DNA of 64,000 bases. Source: an uncultured archaeon (GTDB taxonomy: Archaea; Asgardarchaeota; Lokiarchaeia; Sigyniarchaeales; SOKP01). The position numbers and the translations under genes are program-made. Location of the stretch: NCBI GenBank assembly GCA_964486045.1, contig CAZALK010000007.1, positions 151,717 to 215,716 on the forward strand, written 5' to 3'. Positions 59,922 to 64,000 of this stretch are shown here, piece by piece (the stretch's first letter is position 1; each line of letters begins with the position of its first letter). The notes under the pieces are model-generated. The model saw only the letters and a program-made list of their open reading frames with translations, did no database searches and was not told where the DNA came from.

Positions 59922-60590
59922 CTAATCTGAGATCTCATCATTCTGCTTTTTTATGAACAAAACGCTCCACAAATATCCAACCAATAAAGAAATAACTCCA
60001 GCTAATTCATTCCCTAAATATCCGAAGGGAACACTACGAAGCATCGGAAATATAGCCCCCAAGGTAAAAAAGAATGCATAATATCTGCTCCTATCTTTTA
60101 CAAAACTATATAATGAGCCAACAAGTAAAACTACACCACCTACTGAAGCTAAAACGATTGCATAAATCCTAACAGAATATGGATATCCCCCCGAAATAAT
60201 TCTAATGTTATCTCCAAGATCACCAACAAAAGTTAATCCAGTTGGGAATGGTTCGATACCTAGAGCTATTAATAATGCTACTGTAAAAATTATGACAAAT
60301 GCTAAGAAAACATGTGCAAATTTATCCTTAACTATTAAATAGAGTTGACCTGCACCTAAAAACCCAACTAGTGACGTTGCGGTTACATAAAAAACACCAA
60401 AAATAAATGGATTACCCAGACCAAGTATTTCTGTATTCATTAGCAGTTCCATTAAAGTAGATAATCCATAAAATAACAAAGCTATTGTCCATAATAATTG
60501 ATGGATTTTCCGTCTTTGAATATATTGACGAACCAAAAGAGCTGTAAAAACAAATGATATGATTGATGTAAACAATGGAATGATATTCAT
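59922..60590 (-). CDS. Multi-pass (about 7 TM) membrane protein
   Basis: Hydrophobic helices; N-terminal RRKIHQLLWTIAL motif. Confidence 0.7.
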   Translation of the reverse strand: MNIIPLFTSIISFVFTALLVRQYIQRRKIHQLLWTIALLFYGLSTLMELLMNTEILGLGNPFIFGVFYVTATSLVGFLGAGQLYLIVKDKFAHVFLAFVIIFTVALLIALGIEPFPTGLTFVGDLGDNIRIISGGYPYSVRIYAIVLASVGGVVLLVGSLYSFVKDRSRYYAFFFTLGAIFPMLRSVPFGYLGNELAGVISLLVGYLWSVLFIKKQNDEISD

Positions 60591-60738
60591 TTTTTGATCA
60601 CCATTCTTTTAATTTTTATAATAGATTGTGTCGATTTTAGTAAATTATATTTAGTAATTCAAAGTGTTAAAAAAAGAGTTCTTTTTTCATATTGCCCTCA
60701 GATACGGTAGAATTTTTAACCAATTATCTGATTAAAAT

Positions 60739-61581
60739 TTAAAATATTTTAGCTAAATAAGCGCCATTCTTTTCTTTTATCAAAATGTTACATGCCCAAC
60801 CTATTTCATTAGCGATGTTCGTTAGTGTAAGCGGATCAATATGTAAAATTTGAAATTTTTCTCCTAAGTGACCATTATATTCTATTTGAAGGTAAATTTC
60901 CCCAACATAACGTCCTAATCTCAAATTTTTCTCTTGGTATCCCAAATGGATTTGATTTGTAGTTTGTTTAACATCCAGGGAGTCGAGTAATATTATTCCT
61001 CCAGGTTGTAAAAGATCTTTACAATAAATCAGGAATTTCTTGAGACCAGACAAATTTTCTACAAATCCAATCGATCTACCCATCAGTAAAATAGTATTAA
61101 AAGTTTCATCTTTTAAATCGTAAACACTTGAGCACGTCACGTTTAAGACACCCCTTTTCTTCATAATTTCACAAGCAAGAGGAGAAATATCAATAGCTAA
61201 AACATCAAATCCATTCTTCTGAAGTGTTAAGCTGTGAGATCCAGCTCCTGCTCCGATATCAAGTATTCTACCCTGACATAATTTATTGGCTTGTTTTTCT
61301 ATTGATGTGAAGTTATTCTCATTTCTGAAATAAAAATTCAGTAGGGTTTTTTCTGTTAATCCATCATCTCGATGAAAAATCATCTGAACGTTTGTGTTCC
61401 CATTATAAAAATCTTTTAGTGCTAGACCATAAAGTTCCATTGATTTCTGGGATATTGTGAATATATGCTTTCTAGCTTTGATGAATCTTCCTTTAATCTT
61501 TTTTACTTTATTTTTAAAGTTTGAGAAAAGCTTAATACAAATTTGATTGAAATTTATAATTGTTAAAATATTTCCTAACAA
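60739..61581 (-). CDS. Class I SAM-dependent methyltransferase (true start likely the MELYG ATG near 61440)
   Basis: ILDIGAGAG, AIDISP and LLQPGG. Confidence 0.85.
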   Translation of the reverse strand: MLGNILTIINFNQICIKLFSNFKNKVKKIKGRFIKARKHIFTISQKSMELYGLALKDFYNGNTNVQMIFHRDDGLTEKTLLNFYFRNENNFTSIEKQANKLCQGRILDIGAGAGSHSLTLQKNGFDVLAIDISPLACEIMKKRGVLNVTCSSVYDLKDETFNTILLMGRSIGFVENLSGLKKFLIYCKDLLQPGGIILLDSLDVKQTTNQIHLGYQEKNLRLGRYVGEIYLQIEYNGHLGEKFQILHIDPLTLTNIANEIGWACNILIKEKNGAYLAKIF

Positions 61582-61610
61582 TAATTAAATAAATTGAAAG
61601 TTGATAAAAA

Positions 61611-61886
61611 ATTCCAAAATTAATTGAAAATACAGAAAAGAAATTCTCATTATTTTTAAATAAGGATCGTTGTGGTGGTTGTAGAGCTTGTATCGTTGTA
61701 TGTCCTACAGGAATTTTGGACCTTAGTGATGAATTGAATTACAGAATTGCCTATGTTCCAAAAGTTAAAGATGGTAAAGAAAATTATTGTACCGGCTGTA
61801 GACGCTGCGAATACTGCTGTCCGGATTGGTGTATTTATGTTTTGGGAGAGAAAGAAGGATATCAATCTGAAAAAGCTAAAACTTAA
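61611..61886 (+). CDS. korD: 2x[4Fe-4S] ferredoxin delta subunit of 2-oxoacid:ferredoxin oxidoreductase; probable ATT start
   Basis: Absent from the track. CGGCRACIVVCP...CTGCRRCEYCCPD. No ATG/GTG/TTG lies between the in-frame TAA (61605-07) and the first cluster motif. Confidence 0.85.
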   Translation: MPKLIENTEKKFSLFLNKDRCGGCRACIVVCPTGILDLSDELNYRIAYVPKVKDGKENYCTGCRRCEYCCPDWCIYVLGEKEGYQSEKAKT

Positions 61887-61899
61887 TGAGGTGAAAGAA

Positions 61900-63072
61900 T
61901 TGAGTGTCAAAAATAATAAAAGATTTTTACCAGAAGGTAAATATGTAATGATGGGAAATGTAGCTATGGCAGAAGGAGCATTAGCTGCAGGATTGGATTT
62001 TTTTGGGGGCTATCCTATAACTCCTTCAACAGAAACTCTTGAACACCTTGCTAAAAGGTTACCTGAGGTTGGGGGATGTTGTATGCAAATGGAAGATGAA
62101 TTAGCATCAATTAATTCAGTCGTAGGTGCATCTCTAGCAGGTGCAAAAGCTATGACAGCAACTTCCGGGCCAGGACTTTCATTGATGACAGAAACAATTT
62201 CTATGGCGGCAAACCTCGAAATCCCATTTGTGTTTTGTGATGTTCAACGTGTGGGACCAGGTAGTGCAGGCCCTGTAACTGATCCGCATCATAACGATAT
62301 AGGATTAATCCGTTTTGCGGGTCATGGGGAATTTCAAGTTATTGCATTAGCACCAATGAACTGTCAAGAACTCTTTGATTTAACAATAACAGCATTTAAT
62401 TTTGCAGAAACTTATCGATGTCCTGTATTTGTTCTCTCCGATGCATATTTGGGACATCTTCATGAAGCAGTTTATATTCCTCCTAGAGAAGAAATAGAAA
62501 AAAGAGTTATTAAACGTGAATTACCCCAATCTTTGAGTAAAAAATTCTCATATAAAGATACTAGCACGGGTACCTATGTTATCCCAAAACCCCCAATAAT
62601 AGGGACGGATCATTGTCCAATGATGTTTATACATTCACCTCATAATTCTGATGGATTTCCTGGCGGTAACGCATTAGAATTTGTGGAAGTACTGATTGAA
62701 AAGGTAAAAAGTAATATGGATAAGATCTCTATAATTGAAGAATATAAATTAGATGATGCCGACATAATTATTATTTCATATGGTCTTCCCGTGAGAACGA
62801 GTTATCGTGCTGTTGATATAGCTCGAAAAGAGGGAATCAAAGCTGGAATTTTAAGATTAGTAACATTGTGGCCTTTCAATGATGAAAAAGTAAAAGAAAG
62901 TACTAAAAATGCAAAAGCAATTTTAGTGCCTGAATTAAATTATACTGGATTTATAGCGGAACAAGTAGAAAGAGTATCAAATCCAGGAATCCCACTAATT
63001 AAAATTCCAAAAGTTGGTGAATTTCATCATCCCGATGATATTTTAAAAGTGATAAAGGAGGCGTCTAAATAA
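61900..63072 (+). CDS. korA: 2-oxoacid:ferredoxin oxidoreductase alpha subunit; start revised to TTG 61900
   Basis: GNVAMAEGA, GYPITPSTE, QMEDE, TATSGPG and DVQRVGP; GAGGTGA upstream. Confidence 0.9.
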   Translation: MSVKNNKRFLPEGKYVMMGNVAMAEGALAAGLDFFGGYPITPSTETLEHLAKRLPEVGGCCMQMEDELASINSVVGASLAGAKAMTATSGPGLSLMTETISMAANLEIPFVFCDVQRVGPGSAGPVTDPHHNDIGLIRFAGHGEFQVIALAPMNCQELFDLTITAFNFAETYRCPVFVLSDAYLGHLHEAVYIPPREEIEKRVIKRELPQSLSKKFSYKDTSTGTYVIPKPPIIGTDHCPMMFIHSPHNSDGFPGGNALEFVEVLIEKVKSNMDKISIIEEYKLDDADIIIISYGLPVRTSYRAVDIARKEGIKAGILRLVTLWPFNDEKVKESTKNAKAILVPELNYTGFIAEQVERVSNPGIPLIKIPKVGEFHHPDDILKVIKEASK

Positions 63073-63977
63073 TGTCAAGATATCCAGCAGAAAAACCTGA
63101 TAATCCATACATTCAACATTCGTGGGGAGGAAAAGTATTGGGTGGTTATTTTTCCGCATTTTGTGCAGGATGTGGTTATGGTATAATAAGTCATATTTTC
63201 ACTCGCATTTTTGAGGATGAAAAATTAGATCCAAAATCATTTCCATTAATCATTGGGATTGGATGTTATAGTCAAATGCTAACTCTAGTTCATCATGCTT
63301 CTCAAAAATTTTTAACACTTCATGGTAGAGCAGCACCAATAGCAACTGGGATAAAAATGGCAAACCCTAAATTAAAACCTATAGTATTTTCTGGTGATGG
63401 AGATAGCTACGGGATTGGAGGAAATCATTTTATTCACATTTGTCGTAGAAACCTTGATTGTGTTATATTAGTTTTTAATAACAGTATCTATGGTATGACA
63501 GGAGGACAAGGAGCTCCAACAACATTATATGGTGCATCAAGTACAACCACCCCATATAGGATGTTTGAAAATAGAATTGATGGTGTGAAATTGGCATTAG
63601 ACGCAGGAGCATCATATGTTGCAAGAACTACGGTTGCACATCCACGTACGCTTATGAAGTACTTTAAAAAAGCCTTAAAGCATAAAGGCACTTCTATAAT
63701 TGAAGTAATAACTCCTTGTGTTACTTATTTTGGAAGAAAAAACCTAGATAATTTAGGAATAGAATATTTAGGAATACAAGGTAAAAAAATGGATAACACA
63801 GGAATTATGATTGATTGGATAAAAAGAAATAGTGTGCGTATCAACCAGGCAAAAATCATGTCAGAAAAAGAATTATTAAATAAATATGTGATTGGAGAAT
63901 TTCGATTCGATCCTGATAAACCAGAATATTCTGAAGAATATGCGAAAATAAAGAAAATAGCAATGGAGGAGAAGTAA
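63072..63977 (+). CDS. korB: 2-oxoacid:ferredoxin oxidoreductase beta subunit
   Basis: FCAGCG, GIGC, HGRA, GDGD...IGGNH, NNSIYGMTGGQ and PCVT. Confidence 0.92.
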   Translation: MSRYPAEKPDNPYIQHSWGGKVLGGYFSAFCAGCGYGIISHIFTRIFEDEKLDPKSFPLIIGIGCYSQMLTLVHHASQKFLTLHGRAAPIATGIKMANPKLKPIVFSGDGDSYGIGGNHFIHICRRNLDCVILVFNNSIYGMTGGQGAPTTLYGASSTTTPYRMFENRIDGVKLALDAGASYVARTTVAHPRTLMKYFKKALKHKGTSIIEVITPCVTYFGRKNLDNLGIEYLGIQGKKMDNTGIMIDWIKRNSVRINQAKIMSEKELLNKYVIGEFRFDPDKPEYSEEYAKIKKIAMEEK

Positions 63978-63980
63978 AGA

Positions 63981-64000
63981 TTGGCAAGATATGAAATACG
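63981..64000 (+). CDS. Start of 2-oxoacid:ferredoxin oxidoreductase gamma subunit (partial)
   Basis: TTG-MARYEI after GGAGG; operon position only. Confidence 0.55.

Noticed and set aside
61747-61899. N-terminal extension of KorA in the track
   Set aside because: Overlaps the ferredoxin gene in another frame; an SD-supported TTG lies at 61900.
2971-63691. Many short antisense or overlapping ORFs in the track (e.g. 2971..3180, 14507..14983, 25542..25976, 32481..32939, 50097..50489, 61656..61910)
   Set aside because: Shadow ORFs of well-supported genes, with no recognisable motifs.

Overview
AT-rich archaeal chromosome window whose gene content points to Asgard archaea, most likely Lokiarchaeia: three small GTPases (two with longin/roadblock-like domains), a gelsolin-like protein, an LRR protein, eS25, a Bud23-like methyltransferase and a eukaryote-type SECIS. 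Housekeeping genes include hisGDC, hisS, lig, pyrF, ino1, the korDABC-type 2-oxoacid:ferredoxin oxidoreductase genes and an intron-containing tRNA-Ser(CGA). The ORF track misses or misreads several things. (1) The AMP phosphorylase gene is split by a 30-nt stop-containing insertion inside its DKHST|GGVPGN motif. The insertion folds into a bulge-helix-bulge-type structure whose predicted cut sites restore the motif exactly, making it a candidate tRNA-type intron in an Asgard mRNA. (2) An hdrA-mvhD operon has five in-frame UGA (Sec) codons and one eukaryote-like SECIS whose AUGA core contains the mvhD stop codon. (3) A duplicated module of a giant membrane-anchored surface protein plus a translationally coupled longin/uDENN-like protein flanks a longin-GTPase. 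(4) A divergent RtcB-like gene is coupled to a glycosyltransferase next to inositol-phosphate genes. (5) Two genes probably start at ATT. (6) A decayed mosaic region (51.7-55.4 kb) lies between a truncated and an intact corrinoid-protein gene. All protein family calls come from motif recognition by eye; no searches were run.
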